From Eledone cirrhosa (lineage: Eukaryota), in NCBI GenBank assembly GCA_964016885.1, contig OZ024742.1:376092001-376156000 (forward strand): a DNA stretch of 64,000 nucleotides. Reading direction: 5' to 3'. Shown here piece after piece: positions 1-16,117 of this stretch (positions are counted from its first letter, which is position 1; each line of letters begins with the position of its first letter). Under the pieces are notes generated by a model. The model saw only the letters and a list, made by a program, of their open reading frames with translations, was not told the DNA's origin and did not search any database. A program made the translations under genes and the position numbers.

Positions 1-3000
1 ACTGGTATAGACACTAGTACCAACCTAGTTAACACCAGTTCTGGTTATATAAAACTAGATAGAGAACAACTGGTATTGACACTAGTACCAACCTAGTAAA
101 CACGAGCTCTGGTTATATACAACTAGATAGAGAACAACTGGTATTGACACTAGGACCAACCTAGTAAACACCAGCTCTGGTTATGTAAAACTAGATAGAT
201 AACTGGTATTGACACTAGTACCAACCTAGTAAACACCAGCCCTAGTAATATAAAACTAGATAGAGAACAACTGGTATTGACACTAGTACCAACCTAGTAA
301 ACACCAGCTCTGGTTATATAAAACTAGGGAGAGAACAACTGGTATTGACACTAGTACCAACCTAGTAAACACCAGCTCTGGTTATATAAAACTAGATGGA
401 GAACAACTGGTATTGACACTAGTACCAACCTAGTAAACACCAGCTCTGGTTATATAAAACTAGATGGAGAACAACTGGTATTGACACTAGTACCAACCTA
501 GTAAACACCAGCTCTGGTTATATAAAACTAGATAGAGAACAATTGGTATTGACACTAGTACCAACCCAGTAAACACCAGCTCTGGTTATATAAAACTTGA
601 TAGAGAACAACTGGTATTGAGACTAGTACCAACCTAGTAAACACCAGCTCTGGTTATATAAAACTAGATGGAGAACAACTGGTATTGACACTAGTACCAA
701 CCTAGTAAACACCAGCTCTGGTTATATAAAACTAGATGGAGAACAACTGGTATTGACACTAGTACCAACCTAGTAAACACCAGCCCTGGTTATATAAAAC
801 TAGGGAGAGAACAACTGGTATTGACACTAGTACCAATCTAGTAAACACCAGCTCAGGTAATATAAAACTAGATAGAGAACAACTGGTATTGACACTAGTA
901 CCAACCTAGTAAACACCAGCTCTGGTTATATAAAACTAGGGAGAGAATAACTGGTATTGACACTAGTACCAACCTAGTAAACACCAGCTCTGGTTATATA
1001 AAACTAGATAGACAACTGGTATTGCCACTAGTACCAACCTAGTAAACACCAGCTCTGGTTATATAAAACTAGATAGAGAACAACTGGTATTGAGACTAGT
1101 ACCAACCTAGTAAACACCAGCTCTGGTTATATAAAACTAGATAGACAACTGGTATTGCAACTAGTACCAACCTAGTAAACACCAGCTCTGGTTATATAAA
1201 ACTAGATAGACAACTGGTATTGCAACTAGTACCAACCTAGTAAACACCAGCTCTGGTTACACAAAACTAAATAGAGAACAACTGGTATTGAGACTAGTAC
1301 CAACCTAGTAAACACCAGCTCTGGTTATATAAAACTAGGGAGAGAATAACTGGTATTGACACTAGTACCAACCTAGTAAACACCAGCTCTGGTTATATAA
1401 AACTAGATAGACAACTGGTATAGACACTAGTACCAACCTAGTTAACACCAGCTCTGGTTATATAAAACTAGATAGAGAACAACTGGTATTGACACTAGTA
1501 CCAACCTAGTAAACACGAGCTCTGGTTATATACAACTAGATAGAGAACAACTGGTATTGACACTAGGACCAACCTAGTAAACACCAGCTCTGGTTATGTA
1601 AAACTAGATAGATAACTGGTATTGACACTAGTACCAACCTAGTAAACACCAGCCCTAGTAATATAAAACTAGATAGAGAACAACTGGTATTGACACTAGT
1701 ACCAACCTAGTAAACACCAGCTCTGGTTATATAAAACTAGGGAGAGAACAACTGGTATTGACACTAGTACCAACCTAGTAAACACCAGCTCTGGTTATAT
1801 AAAACTAGATGGAGAACAACTGGTATTGACACTAGTACCAACCTAGTAAACACCAGCTCTGGTTATATAAAACTAGATGGAGAACAACTGGTATTGACAC
1901 TAGTACCAACCTAGTAAACACCAGCTCTGGTTATATAAAACTAGATAGAGAACAATTGGTATTGACACTAGTACCAACCCAGTAAACACCAGCTCTGGTT
2001 ATATAAAACTTGATAGAGAACAACTGGTATTGAGACTAGTACCAACCTAGTAAACACCAGCTCTGGTTATATAAAACTAGATGGAGAACAACTGGTATTG
2101 ACACTAGTACCAACCTAGTAAACACCAGCTCTGGTTATATAAAACTAGATGGAGAACAACTGGTATTGACACTAGTACCAACCTAGTAAACACCAGCCCT
2201 GGTTATATAAAACTAGGGAGAGAACAACTGGTATTGACACTAGTACCAATCTAGTAAACACCAGCTCTGGTAATATAAAACTAGATAGAGAACAACTGGT
2301 ATTGACACTAGTACCAACCTAGTAAACACCAGCTCTGGTTATATAAAACTAGGGAGAGAATAACTGGTATTGACACTAGTACCAACCTAGTAAACACCAG
2401 CTCTGGTTATATAAAACTAGATAGACAACTGGTATTGCCACTAGTACCAACCTAGTAAACACCAGCTCTGGTTATATAAAACTAGATAGACAACTGGTAT
2501 TGCAACTAGTACCAACCTAGTAAACACCAGCTCTGGTTATATAAAACTAGATAGACAACTGGTATTGCAACTAGTACCAACCTAGTAAACACCAGCTCTG
2601 GTTACACAAAACTAAATAGAGAACAACTGGTATTGACACTAGTACCAACCTAGTAAACACCAGCTCTGGTTATATAAAATTAGATAGTGAACAACTGGTA
2701 TTGACACTAGTACCAACCTAGTAAACACCAGCTCTGGTAATATAAAACTAGATGGAGAACAACTGGTATTGACACTAGTACCAACCTGGTAAACACCAGC
2801 TCTGGTTATACAAAACTTTGATAGAGAACAACTGGTATTGACACTAGTACCAACCTAGTAAACACCAGCCCTGGTTATATAAAACTAGATAGACAACTGG
2901 TATTGACACTACTACCAACCTAGTAAACACCAGCTCTGGTTATATAAAACTAGGGAGAGAACTGGTATTGAGACTAATACCAACCTAGTAAACACCAGCT

Positions 3001-6000
3001 CTGGTTATATAAAACTAGATAGACAACTGGTATTGACACTAGTACCAACCTAGTAAACACCAGCTCTGGTTATATAAAACTAGATAGAGAACAACTGGTA
3101 TTGACACTAGTACCAACCTAGTAAACACCAGCTCTGGTTATATAAAACTATATAGACAACTGGTATTGACACTAGTATCAACCTAGTAAACACCAGCTCT
3201 GGTTATATAAAACTAGATAGAGAACAACTGGTATTGACACTAGTACCAACCTAGCAAACACCAGCCCTGGTTATATAAAACTAGATAGACAACTGGTATT
3301 GACACTAGTACCAACCTAGTAAACACCGGCTCTGGTTACATAAAACTAGGGAGAGAACTGGTATTGAGACTAATACCAACCTAGTAAACACCAGCTCTGG
3401 TTATATAAAACTAGATAGACAACTGGTATTGACACTAGTACCAACCTAGTAAACACCAGCTCTGGTTATATAAAACTAGATAGACAACTGGTATTGACAG
3501 TAGTACCAACCTAGTAAACACCAGCTCTGGTTATATAAAACTAGATAGAGAACAACTGGTATTGACCTAGTACCAACCTAGTAAACACCAGCTCTGGTTA
3601 TATAAAACTAGATAGAGAACAACTGGTATTGACACTAGTACCAACCTAGTAAACACCAGCTCTGGTTATATAAAACTAGATAGACAACTGGTATTGACAC
3701 TAGTACCAACCTAGTAAACACCAGCTCTGGTTATATAAAACTCGATAGACAACTGGTATTGACACTAGTACCAACCTAGTAAATACCAGCTCTGGTTATA
3801 TAAAACTAGATAGACAACTGGTATTGACACTAGTAACAACCTAGTAAACACCAGCTCTGGTTATATAAAACTAGATAGAGAACAACTGGTATTGACACTA
3901 GTACCAACCTAGTAAACACCAGCTCTGGTTATATAAAACTAGATGGAGAACAACTGGTATTGAGACTAGTACCAACCTAGTAAACACCAGCTCTGGTTAT
4001 ACAAATCTAGATAGAGCACAACTGGTATTGACACTAGTACCAACCTAGTAAACCCCAGCTCTGGTTATATAAAACTAGATAGAAAACAACTGGTATTGAC
4101 ACTAGTACCAATCTAGTAAACACCAGCACTGGTTATATAAAACTAGATGGAGAACAACTGGTATTGACACTAGTAAGAACCTAGTAAACACCAGCTCTGG
4201 TTATATAAAACTAGATAGAGAACAACTGGTATTGACACTAGTACCAACCTAGTAAACACCAGCTCTGGTTATATAAAACTAGATAGACAACTGGTATTGA
4301 AACTAGTACCAACCTAGTAAACACCAGCTCTGGTTATATAAAACTAGATAGAGAACAACTGGTATTGACACTAGTACCAACCTAGTAAACACCAGCTCTG
4401 GTTATATAAAACTAGATAGACAACTGGTATTGACACCAGTACCAACCTAGTAAACACCAGCTCTGGTTATATAAAACTAGATAGACAACTGGTATTGACA
4501 CTAGTAACAACCTAGTAAACACCGGCTCTGGTTATATAAAACTAGATAGAGAACAACTGGTATTGACACTAGTAACAACCTAGTAAACACCAGCCCTGGT
4601 TATATAAAACTAGATAGACAACTGGTATTGACACTAGTACCAACCTAGTAAACACCAGCTCTGGTTATATAAAACTAGGGAGAGAACTGGTATTGAGACT
4701 AATACCAACCTAGTAAACACCAGCTCTGGTTATATAAAACTAGATAGACAACTGGTATTGACACTAGTACCAACCTAGTAAACACCAGCTCTGGTTATAT
4801 AAAACTAGATAGAGAACAACTGGTATTGACACTAGTACCAACCTAGTAAACACCAGCCCTGGTTATATAAAACTAGATAGACAACTGGTATTGACACTAG
4901 TACCAACCTAGTAAACACCAGCTCTGGTTATATAAAACTAGGGAGAGAACTGGTATTGAGACTAATACCAACCTAGTAAACACCAGCTCTGGTTATATAA
5001 AACTAGATAGACAACTGGTATTGACACTAGTACCAACCTAGTAAACACCAGCTCTGGTTATATAAAACTAGATAGAGAACAACTGGTATTGACACTAGTA
5101 CCAACCTAGTAAACACCAGCTCTGGTTATATAAAACTAGATAGAGAACAACTGGTATTGACACTAGTACCAACCTAGTAAACACCAGCTCTGGTTATATA
5201 AAACTAGATAGACAACTGGTATTGACACTAGTACCAACCTAGTAAACACCAGCTCTGGTTATATAAAACTAGATAGACAACTGGTATTGACACTAGTACC
5301 AACCTAGTAAACACCAGCTCTGGTTATATAAAACTAGATAGACAACTGGTAGTGACACTAGTAACAACCTAGTAAACACCAGCTCTGGTTATATAAAACT
5401 AGATAGAGAACAACTGGTATTGACACTAGTACCAACCTAGTAAACACCAGCTCTGGTTATATAAAACTAGATGGAGAACAACTGGTATTGAGACTAGTAC
5501 CAACCTAGTAAACACCAGCTCTGGTTATATAAAACTAGGGAGAGAACAACTGGTATTGACACTAGTACCAATCTAGTAAACACCAGCTCTGGTAATATAA
5601 AACTAGATAGAGAACAACTGGTATTGACACTAGTACCAACCTAGTAAACACCAGCTGAGGTTATACAAAACTAGATGGAGAACAACTGGTATTGACTCTA
5701 GTACCAACCTAGTAAACACCAGCTCTGGTTATATAAAACTAGATGGAGAACAATTGGTATTGACACTAGTACCAACCTAGTAAACACCAGCTGTGGTTAT
5801 ACAAAACTAGATAGAGGACAACTGGTATTGACACTAGTACCAACCTAGTAAACACCAGCTCTGGTAATATAAAACTAGATAGAGAACAACTGGTATTGAG
5901 ACTAGTACCAACCTAGTAAACACCAGCTCTGGTTATATAAAACTAGATAGACAACTGGTATTGCCACTAGTACCAACCTAGTAAACACCAGCTCTGGTTA

Positions 6001-9000
6001 TATAAAACTAGATAGAGAACAACTGGTATTGAGACTAGTACCAACCTAGTAAACACCAGCTCTGGTTATATAAAACTAGATGGAGAACAACTGGTATTGA
6101 GACTAGTACCAACCTAGTAAACACCAGCTCTGGTTATACAAATCTAGATAGAGCACAACTGGTATTGACACTAGTACCAACCTAGTAAACACCAGCTCTG
6201 GTTATATAAAACTAGATAGAAAACAACTGGTATTGACACTAGTACCAACCTAGTAAACACCAGCACTGGTTATATAAAACTAAATGGAGAACAACTGGTA
6301 TTGACACTAGTAAGAACCTAGTAAACACCAGCTCTGGTTATATAAAACTAGATAGAGAACAACTGGTATTGACACTAGTACCAACCTAGTAAACACCAGC
6401 TCTGGTTACATAAAACTAGGGAGAGAACAACTGGTATTGACACTAGTACCAATCTAGTAAACACCAGCTCTGGTAATATAAAACTAGATAGACAACTGGT
6501 ATTGACACTAGTACCAACCTAGTAAACACCAGCTCTGGTTATATAAAACTAGGGAGAGAACTGGTATTGAGACTAATACCAACCTAGTAAACACCAGCTC
6601 TGGTTATATAAAACTAGATAGAGAACAACTGGTATTGACACTAGTACCAACCTAGTAAACACCAGCTCTGGTTACATAAAACTAGGGAGAGAACAACTGG
6701 TATTGACACTAGTACCAACCTAGTAAACACCAGCTCTGGTTATATAAAACTAGATAGACAACTGGTATTGACACTAGTACCAACCTAGTAAACACCAGCT
6801 CTGGTTACATAAAACTAGATAGAGAACAACTGGTATTGACACTAGTACCAACCTAGTAAACACCAGCCCTGGTTATATAAAACTAGATAGACAACTGGTA
6901 TTGACACTAGTACCAACCTAGTAAACACCAGCTCTGGTTATATAAAACTAGGGAGAGAACTGGTATTGAGACTAATACCAACCTAGTAAACACCAGCTCT
7001 GGTTATATAAAACTAGATAGACAACTGGTATTGACACTAGTACCAACCTAGTAAACACCAGCTCTGGTTATATAAAACTAGATAGAGAACAACTGGTATT
7101 GACACTAGTACCAACCTAGTAAACACCAGCTCTGGTTATATAAAACTAGATAGACAACTGGTATTGACACTAGTACCAACCTAGTAAACACCAGTTCTGG
7201 TTATATAAAACTAGATAGAGAACAACTGGTATTGACACTAGTACCAACCTAGTAAACACCAGCTCTGGTTATATAAAACTAGATAGAGAACAACTGGTAT
7301 TGACACTAGTACCAACCTAGTAAACACCAGCTCTGGTTATATAAAACTAGATGGAGAACAACTGGTATTGACACTAGTACCAACCTAGTAAACACCAGCT
7401 CTGGTTATATAAAACTAGATAGAGAACAACTGGTATTTACACTAGTAACAACCTAGTAAACACCAGCACTGGTTATATAAAACTAGATGGAGAACAACTG
7501 GTATTGACACTAGTAAGAACCTAGTAAACACCAGCTCTGGTTATATAAAACTAGATAGAGAACAACTGGTATTGACACTAGTACCAACCTAGTAAACACC
7601 AGCACTGGTTATATAAAACTAAATGGAGAACAACTGGTATTGACACTAGTAAGAACCTAGTAAACACCAGCTCTGGTTATATAAAACTAGATAGAGAACA
7701 ACTGGTATTGACACTAGTACCAACCTAGTAAACACCAGCTCTGGTTACATAAAACTAGGGAGAGAACAACTGGTATTGACACTAGTACCAATCTAGTAAA
7801 CACCAGCTCTGGTAATATAAAACTAGATAGACAACTGGTATTGACACTAGTACCAACCTAGTAAACACCAGCTCTGGTTATATAAAACTAGGGAGAGAAC
7901 TGGTATTGAGACTAATACCAACCTAGTAAACACCAGCTCTGGTTATATAAAACTAGATAGAGAACAACTGGTATTGACACTAGTACCAACCTAGTAAACA
8001 CCAGCTCTGATTACATAAAACTAGGGAGAGAACAACTGGTATTGACACTAGTACCAACCTAGTAAACACCAGCTCTGGTTATATAAAACTAGATAGACAA
8101 CTGGTATTGACACTAGTACCAACCTAGTAAACACCAGCTCTGGTTACATAAAACTAGATAGAGAACAACTGGTATTGACACTAGTACCAACCTAGTAAAC
8201 ACCAGCCCTGGTTATATAAAACTAGATAGACAACTGGTATTGACACTAGTACCAACCTAGTAAACACCAGCTCTGGTTATATAAAACTAGGGAGAGAACT
8301 GGTATTGAGACTAATACCAACCTAGTAAACACCAGCTCTGGTTATATAAAACTAGATAGACAACTGGTATTGACACTAGTACCAACCTAGTAAACACCAG
8401 CTCTGGTTATATAAAACTAGATAGAGAACAACTGGTATTGACACTAGTACCAACCTAGTAAACACCAGCTCTGGTTATATAAAACTAGATAGACAACTGG
8501 TATTGACACTAGTACCAACCTAGTAAACACCAGTTCTGGTTATATAAAACTAGATAGAGAACAACTGGTATTGACACTAGTACCAACCTAGTAAACACCA
8601 GCTCTGGTTATATAAAACTAGATAGAGAACAACTGGTATTGACACTAGTACCAACCTAGTAAACACCAGCTCTGGTTATATAAAACTAGATGGAGAACAA
8701 CTGGTATTGACACTAGTACCAACCTAGTACACACCAGCTCTGGTTATATAAAACTAGATAGAGAACAACTGGTATTTACACTAGTAACAACCTAGTAAAC
8801 ACCAGCACTGGTTATATAAAACTAGATGGAGAACAACTGGTATTGACACTAGTAAGAACCTAGTAAACACCAGCTCTGGTTATATAAAACTAGATAGAGA
8901 ACAACTGGTATTGACACTAGTACCAACCTAGTAAACACCAGCTCTGGTTATATAAAACTAGGGAGAGAATAACTGGTATTGACACTAGTACCAACCTAGT

Positions 9001-12000
9001 AAACACCAGCTCTGGTTATATAAAACTAGATAGACAACTGGTATAGACACTAGTACCAACCTAGTTAACACCAGCTCTGGTTATATAAAACTAGATAGAG
9101 AACAACTGGTATTGACACTAGTACCAACCTAGTAAACACGAGCTCTGGTTATATACAACTAGATAGAGAACAACTGGTATTGACACTAGGACCAACCTAG
9201 TAAACACCAGCTCTGGTTATGTAAAACTAGATAGATAACTGGTATTGACACTAGTACCAACCTAGTAAACACCAGCCCTAGTAATATAAAACTAGATAGA
9301 GAACAACTGGTATTGACACTAGTACCAACCTAGTAAACACCAGCTCTGGTTATATAAAACTAGGGAGAGAACAACTGGTATTGACACTAGTACCAACCTA
9401 GTAAACACCAGCTCTGGTTATATAAAACTAGATGGAGAACAACTGGTATTGACACTAGTACCAACCTAGTAAACACCAGCTCTGGTTATATAAAACTAGA
9501 TGGAGAACAACTGGTATTGACACTAGTACCAACCTAGTAAACACCAGCTCTGGTTATATAAAACTAGATAGAGAACAATTGGTATTGACACTAGTACCAA
9601 CCCAGTAAACACCAGCTCTGGTTATATAAAACTTGATAGAGAACAACTGGTATTGAGACTAGTACCAACCTAGTAAACACCAGCTCTGGTTATATAAAAC
9701 TAGATGGAGAACAACTGGTATTGACACTAGTACCAACCTAGTAAACACCAGCTCTGGTTATATAAAACTAGATGGAGAACAACTGGTATTGACACTAGTA
9801 CCAACCTAGTAAACACCAGCCCTGGTTATATAAAACTAGGGAGAGAACAACTGGTATTGACACTAGTATCAATCTAGTAAACACCAGCTCTGGTAATATA
9901 AAACTAGATAGAGAACAACTGGTATTGACACTAGTACCAACCTAGTAAACACCAGCTCTGGTTATATAAAACTAGGGAGAGAATAACTGGTATTGACACT
10001 AGTACCAACCTAGTAAACACCAGCTCTGGTTATATAAAACTAGATAGACAACTGGTATTGCCACTAGTACCAACCTAGTAAACACCAGCTCTGGTTATAT
10101 AAAACTAGATAGACAACTGGTATTGCAACTAGTACCAACCTAGTAAACACCAGCTCTGGTTATATAAAACTAGATAGACAACTGGTATTGCAACTAGTAC
10201 CAACCTAGTAAACACCAGCTCTGGTTACACAAAACTAAATAGAGAACAACTGGTATTGACACTAGTACCAACCTAGTAAACACCAGCTCTGGTTATATAA
10301 AATTAGATAGTGAACAACTGGTATTGACACTAGTACCAACCTAGTAAACACCAGCTCTGGTAATATAAAACTAGATGGAGAACAACTGGTATTGACACTA
10401 GTACCAACCTGGTAAACACCAGCTCTGGTTATACAAAACTTTGATAGAGAACAACTGGTATTGACACTAGTACCAACCTAGTAAACACCAGCCCTGGTTA
10501 TATAAAACTAGATAGACAACTGGTATTGACACTACTACCAACCTAGTAAACACCAGCTCTGGTTATATAAAACTAGGGAGAGAACTGGTATTGAGACTAA
10601 TACCAACCTAGTAAACACCAGCTCTGGTTATATAAAACTAGATAGACAACTGGTATTGACACTAGTACCAACCTAGTAAACACCAGCTCTGGTTATATAA
10701 AACTAGATAGAGAACAACTGGTATTGACACTAGTACCAACCTAGTAAACACCAGCTCTGGTTATATAAAACTATATAGACAACTGGTATTGACACTAGTA
10801 TCAACCTAGTAAACACCAGCTCTGGTTATATAAAACTAGATAGAGAACAACTGGTATTGACACTAGTACCAACCTAGCAAACACCAGCCCTGGTTATATA
10901 AAACTAGATAGACAACTGGTATTGACACTAGTACCAACCTAGTAAACACCGGCTCTGGTTACATAAAACTAGGGAGAGAACTGGTATTGAGACTAATACC
11001 AACCTAGTAAACACCAGCTCTGGTTATATAAAACTAGATAGACAACTGGTATTGACACTAGTACCAACCTAGTAAACACCAGCTCTGGTTATATAAAACT
11101 AGATAGACAACTGGTATTGACAGTAGTACCAACCTAGTAAACACCAGCTCTGGTTATATAAAACTAGATAGAGAACAACTGGTATTGACCTAGTACCAAC
11201 CTAGTAAACACCAGCTCTGGTTATATAAAACTAGATAGAGAACAACTGGTATTGACACTAGTACCAACCTAGTAAACACCAGCTCTGGTTATATAAAACT
11301 AGATAGACAACTGGTATTGACACTAGTACCAACCTAGTAAACACCAGCTCTGGTTATATAAAACTCGATAGACAACTGGTATTGACACTAGTACCAACCT
11401 AGTAAATACCAGCTCTGGTTATATAAAACTAGATAGACAACTGGTATTGACACTAGTAACAACCTAGTAAACACCAGCTCTGGTTATATAAAACTAGATA
11501 GAGAACAACTGGTATTGACACTAGTACCAACCTAGTAAACACCAGCTCTGGTTATATAAAACTAGATGGAGAACAACTGGTATTGAGACTAGTACCAACC
11601 TAGTAAACACCAGCTCTGGTTATACAAATCTAGATAGAGCACAACTGGTATTGACACTAGTACCAACCTAGTAAACCCCAGCTCTGGTTATATAAAACTA
11701 GATAGAAAACAACTGGTATTGACACTAGTACCAATCTAGTAAACACCAGCACTGGTTATATAAAACTAGATGGAGAACAACTGGTATTGACACTAGTAAG
11801 AACCTAGTAAACACCAGCTCTGGTTATATAAAACTAGATAGAGAACAACTGGTATTGACACTAGTACCAACCTAGTAAACACCAGCTCTGGTTATATAAA
11901 ACTAGATAGACAACTGGTATTGACACTAGTACCAACCTAGTAAACACCAGCTCTGGTTATATAAAACTAGATAGAGAACAACTGGTATTGACACTAGTAC

Positions 12001-15000
12001 CAACCTAGTAAACACCAGCTCTGGTTATATAAAACTAGATAGACAACTGGTATTGACACCAGTACCAACCTAGTAAACACCAGCTCTGGTTATATAAAAC
12101 TAGATAGACAACTGGTATTGACACTAGTAACAACCTAGTAAACACCGGCTCTGGTTATATAAAACTAGATAGAGAACAACTGGTATTGACACTAGTAACA
12201 ACCTAGTAAACACCAGCCCTGGTTATATAAAACTAGATAGACAACTGGTATTGACACTAGTACCAACCTAGTAAACACCAGCTCTGGTTATATAAAACTA
12301 GGGAGAGAACTGGTATTGAGACTAATACCAACCTAGTAAACACCAGCTCTGGTTATATAAAACTAGATAGACAACTGGTATTGACACTAGTACCAACCTA
12401 GTAAACACCAGCTCTGGTTATATAAAACTAGATAGAGAACAACTGGTATTGACACTAGTACCAACCTAGTAAACACCAGCCCTGGTTATATAAAACTAGA
12501 TAGACAACTGGTATTGACACTAGTACCAACCTAGTAAACACCAGCTCTGGTTATATAAAACTAGGGAGAGAACTGGTATTGAGACTAATACCAACCTAGT
12601 AAACACCAGCTCTGGTTATATAAAACTAGATAGACAACTGGTATTGACACTAGTACCAACCTAGTAAACACCAGCTCTGGTTATATAAAACTAGATAGAG
12701 AACAACTGGTATTGACACTAGTACCAACCTAGTAAACACCAGCTCTGGTTATATAAAACTAGATAGAGAACAACTGGTATTGACACTAGTACCAACCTAG
12801 TAAACACCAGCTCTGGTTATATAAAACTAGATAGACAACTGGTATTGACACTAGTACCAACCTAGTAAACACCAGCTCTGGTTATATAAAACTAGATAGA
12901 CAACTGGTATTGACACTAGTACCAACCTAGTAAACACCAGCTCTGGTTATATAAAACTAGATAGACAACTGGTATTGACACTAGTAACAACCTAGTAAAC
13001 ACCAGCTCTGGTTATATAAAACTAGATAGAGAACAACTGGTATTGACACTAGTACCAACCTAGTAAACACCAGCTCTGGTTATATAAAACTAGATGGAGA
13101 ACAACTGGTATTGAGACTAGTACCAACCTAGTAAACACCAGCTCTGGTTATATAAAACTAGGGAGAGAACAACTGGTATTGACACTAGTACCAATCTAGT
13201 AAACACCAGCTCTGGTAATATAAAACTAGATAGAGAACAACTGGTATTGACACTAGTACCAACCTAGTAAACACCAGCTGAGGTTATACAAAACTAGATG
13301 GAGAACAACTGGTATTGACTCTAGTACCAACCTAGTAAACACCAGCTCTGGTTATATAAAACTAGATGGAGAACAATTGGTATTGACACTAGTACCAACC
13401 TAGTAAACACCAGCTGTGGTTATACAAAACTAGATAGAGAACAACTGGTATTGACACTAGTACCAACCTAGTAAACACCAGCTCTGGTAATATAAAACTA
13501 GATAGAGAACAACTGGTATTGAGACTAGTACCAACCTAGTAAACACCAGCTCTGGTTATATAAAACTAGATAGACAACTGGTATTGCCACTAGTACCAAC
13601 CTAGTAAACACCAGCTCTGGTTATATAAAACTAGATAGAGAACAACTGGTATTGAGACTAGTACCAACCTAGTAAACACCAGCTCTGGTTATATAAAACT
13701 AGATGGAGAACAACTGGTATTGAGACTAGTACCAACCTAGTAAACACCAGCTCTGGTTATACAAATCTAGATAGAGCACAACTGGTATTGACACTAGTAC
13801 CAACCTAGTAAACACCAGCTCTGGTTATATAAAACTAGATAGAAAACAACTGGTATTGACACTAGTACCAACCTAGTAAACACCAGCACTGGTTATATAA
13901 AACTAAATGGAGAACAACTGGTATTGACACTAGTAAGAACCTAGTAAACACCAGCTCTGGTTATATAAAACTAGATAGAGAACAACTGGTATTGACACTA
14001 GTACCAACCTAGTAAACACCAGCTCTGGTTACATAAAACTAGGGAGAGAACAACTGGTATTGACACTAGTACCAATCTAGTAAACACCAGCTCTGGTAAT
14101 ATAAAACTAGATAGACAACTGGTATTGACACTAGTACCAACCTAGTAAACACCAGCTCTGGTTATATAAAACTAGGGAGAGAACTGGTATTGAGACTAAT
14201 ACCAACCTAGTAAACACCAGCTCTGGTTATATAAAACTAGATAGAGAACAACTGGTATTGACACTAGTACCAACCTAGTAAACACCAGCTCTGGTTACAT
14301 AAAACTAGGGAGAGAACAACTGGTATTGACACTAGTACCAACCTAGTAAACACCAGCTCTGGTTATATAAAACTAGATAGACAACTGGTATTGACACTAG
14401 TACCAACCTAGTAAACACCAGCTCTGGTTACATAAAACTAGATAGAGAACAACTGGTATTGACACTAGTACCAACCTAGTAAACACCAGCCCTGGTTATA
14501 TAAAACTAGATAGACAACTGGTATTGACACTAGTACCAACCTAGTAAACACCAGCTCTGGTTATATAAAACTAGGGAGAGAACTGGTATTGAGACTAATA
14601 CCAACCTAGTAAACACCAGCTCTGGTTATATAAAACTAGATAGACAACTGGTATTGACACTAGTACCAACCTAGTAAACACCAGCTCTGGTTATATAAAA
14701 CTAGATAGAGAACAACTGGTATTGACACTAGTACCAACCTAGTAAACACCAGCTCTGGTTATATAAAACTAGATAGACAACTGGTATTGACACTAGTACC
14801 AACCTAGTAAACACCAGTTCTGGTTATATAAAACTAGATAGAGAACAACTGGTATTGACACTAGTACCAACCTAGTAAACACCAGCTCTGGTTATATAAA
14901 ACTAGATAGAGAACAACTGGTATTGACACTAGTACCAACCTAGTAAACACCAGCTCTGGTTATATAAAACTAGATGGAGAACAACTGGTATTGACACTAG

Positions 15001-15493
15001 TACCAACCTAGTAAACACCAGCTCTGGTTATATAAAACTAGATAGAGAACAACTGGTATTTACACTAGTAACAACCTAGTAAACACCAGCACTGGTTATA
15101 TAAAACTAGATGGAGAACAACTGGTATTGACACTAGTAAGAACCTAGTAAACACCAGCTCTGGTTATATAAAACTAGATAGAGAACAACTGGTATTGACA
15201 CTAGTACCAACCTAGTAAACACCAGCTCTGGTTATATAAAACTAGATAGAGAACAACTGGTATTGGCACTAGTACCAACCTAGTAAACACCAGCTCTGGT
15301 TATACAAAACTAGATAGAGAACAACTGGTATTGAGACTAGTACCAACCTAGTAAACACCAGCTCTGGCTATATAAAACTAGATGGAGAACAACTGGTATT
15401 GACACTAGTACCCATCTAGTAAACACTAGATAGAGAACAACTGGTATTAACACTCGTACCAACTTGGTAAAAACTAGCTCTGGTTATATAAAA
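1..15493. repeat. Satellite array, 68-bp unit with 65-bp variants (ACTGGTATTGACACTAGTACCAACCTAGTAAACACCAGCTCTGGTTATATAAAACTAGATAGAGAACA); runs off the left edge of the window
   Basis: Continuous head-to-tail units (unit starts at 1, 69, ...). Length variants are AGATAGACA versus AGATAGAGAACA. Units degenerate at about 15410-15493. No ORFs in the track. Confidence 0.98.
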
Positions 15494-15625
15494 CAAAACC
15501 ACCATTTTTAAAGGGATCTTATTTAGCCCTTTCATGACTGCATTTCTAATGAAATATATTCTATTTTAATAAATTAATGAAGAATTTTGACAGATTTATT
15601 AGAATTATTATATATTTCATTACTA

Positions 15626-15847
15626 GGGCAGTGGATTGGCAGTATCGGTAGAGCACCGGACAACATGCTTTGTGGCATAGAGTTATGGCCTTTTACATTC
15701 TGAGTTCAAATCCTGCCGAGGTTAGCTTTGCCTTTCATCCTTAGAGGGTTGATAAAATAAATACCAGTAATGCAATGGGGTCGATTTAATAAACTTTCCC
15801 CTCCTCTTCAAATTGCTGGCCTTGTGCATAAAGTAGAAATAATTAAT
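15626..15847 (+). mobile_element. tRNA-derived SINE, full length
   Basis: Box A-like TGGCAGTATCGG and box B GAGTTCAAATCC, core GCCTTTCATCCTT...GATAAAATAAATACCAGT, and a 13-bp TSD TATTTCATTACTA (15613-15625 / 15848-15860). Confidence 0.85.
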
Positions 15848-15991
15848 TATTTCATTACTAAGACTTAATGTAAGGTTCTTATATAAAATTATGTTGGAAG
15901 ATTTTAATTTAAATTGGAAATCTTTAAATAAAAATCTCCCTACACAATTTTATATCAGAACCATATATTAACTTACTATCTTAGTAATGTA

Positions 15992-16117
15992 TCCTGGATG
16001 CACGTTGGGACTATGTGGGAGCATGTCCCGATAGAGGGGGGTGTAACAGCCTCAAACAGTTAATCGGCCGATTTGACCTGGCCGATAGATATCGACTAGA
16101 TTTTCCGACTGTGCCAC
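15992..16117 (+). mobile_element. 126-bp internal fragment of the Tx1-like LINE endonuclease region
   Basis: Matches 33448-33573 with about 5 substitutions by eye. Confidence 0.9.
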
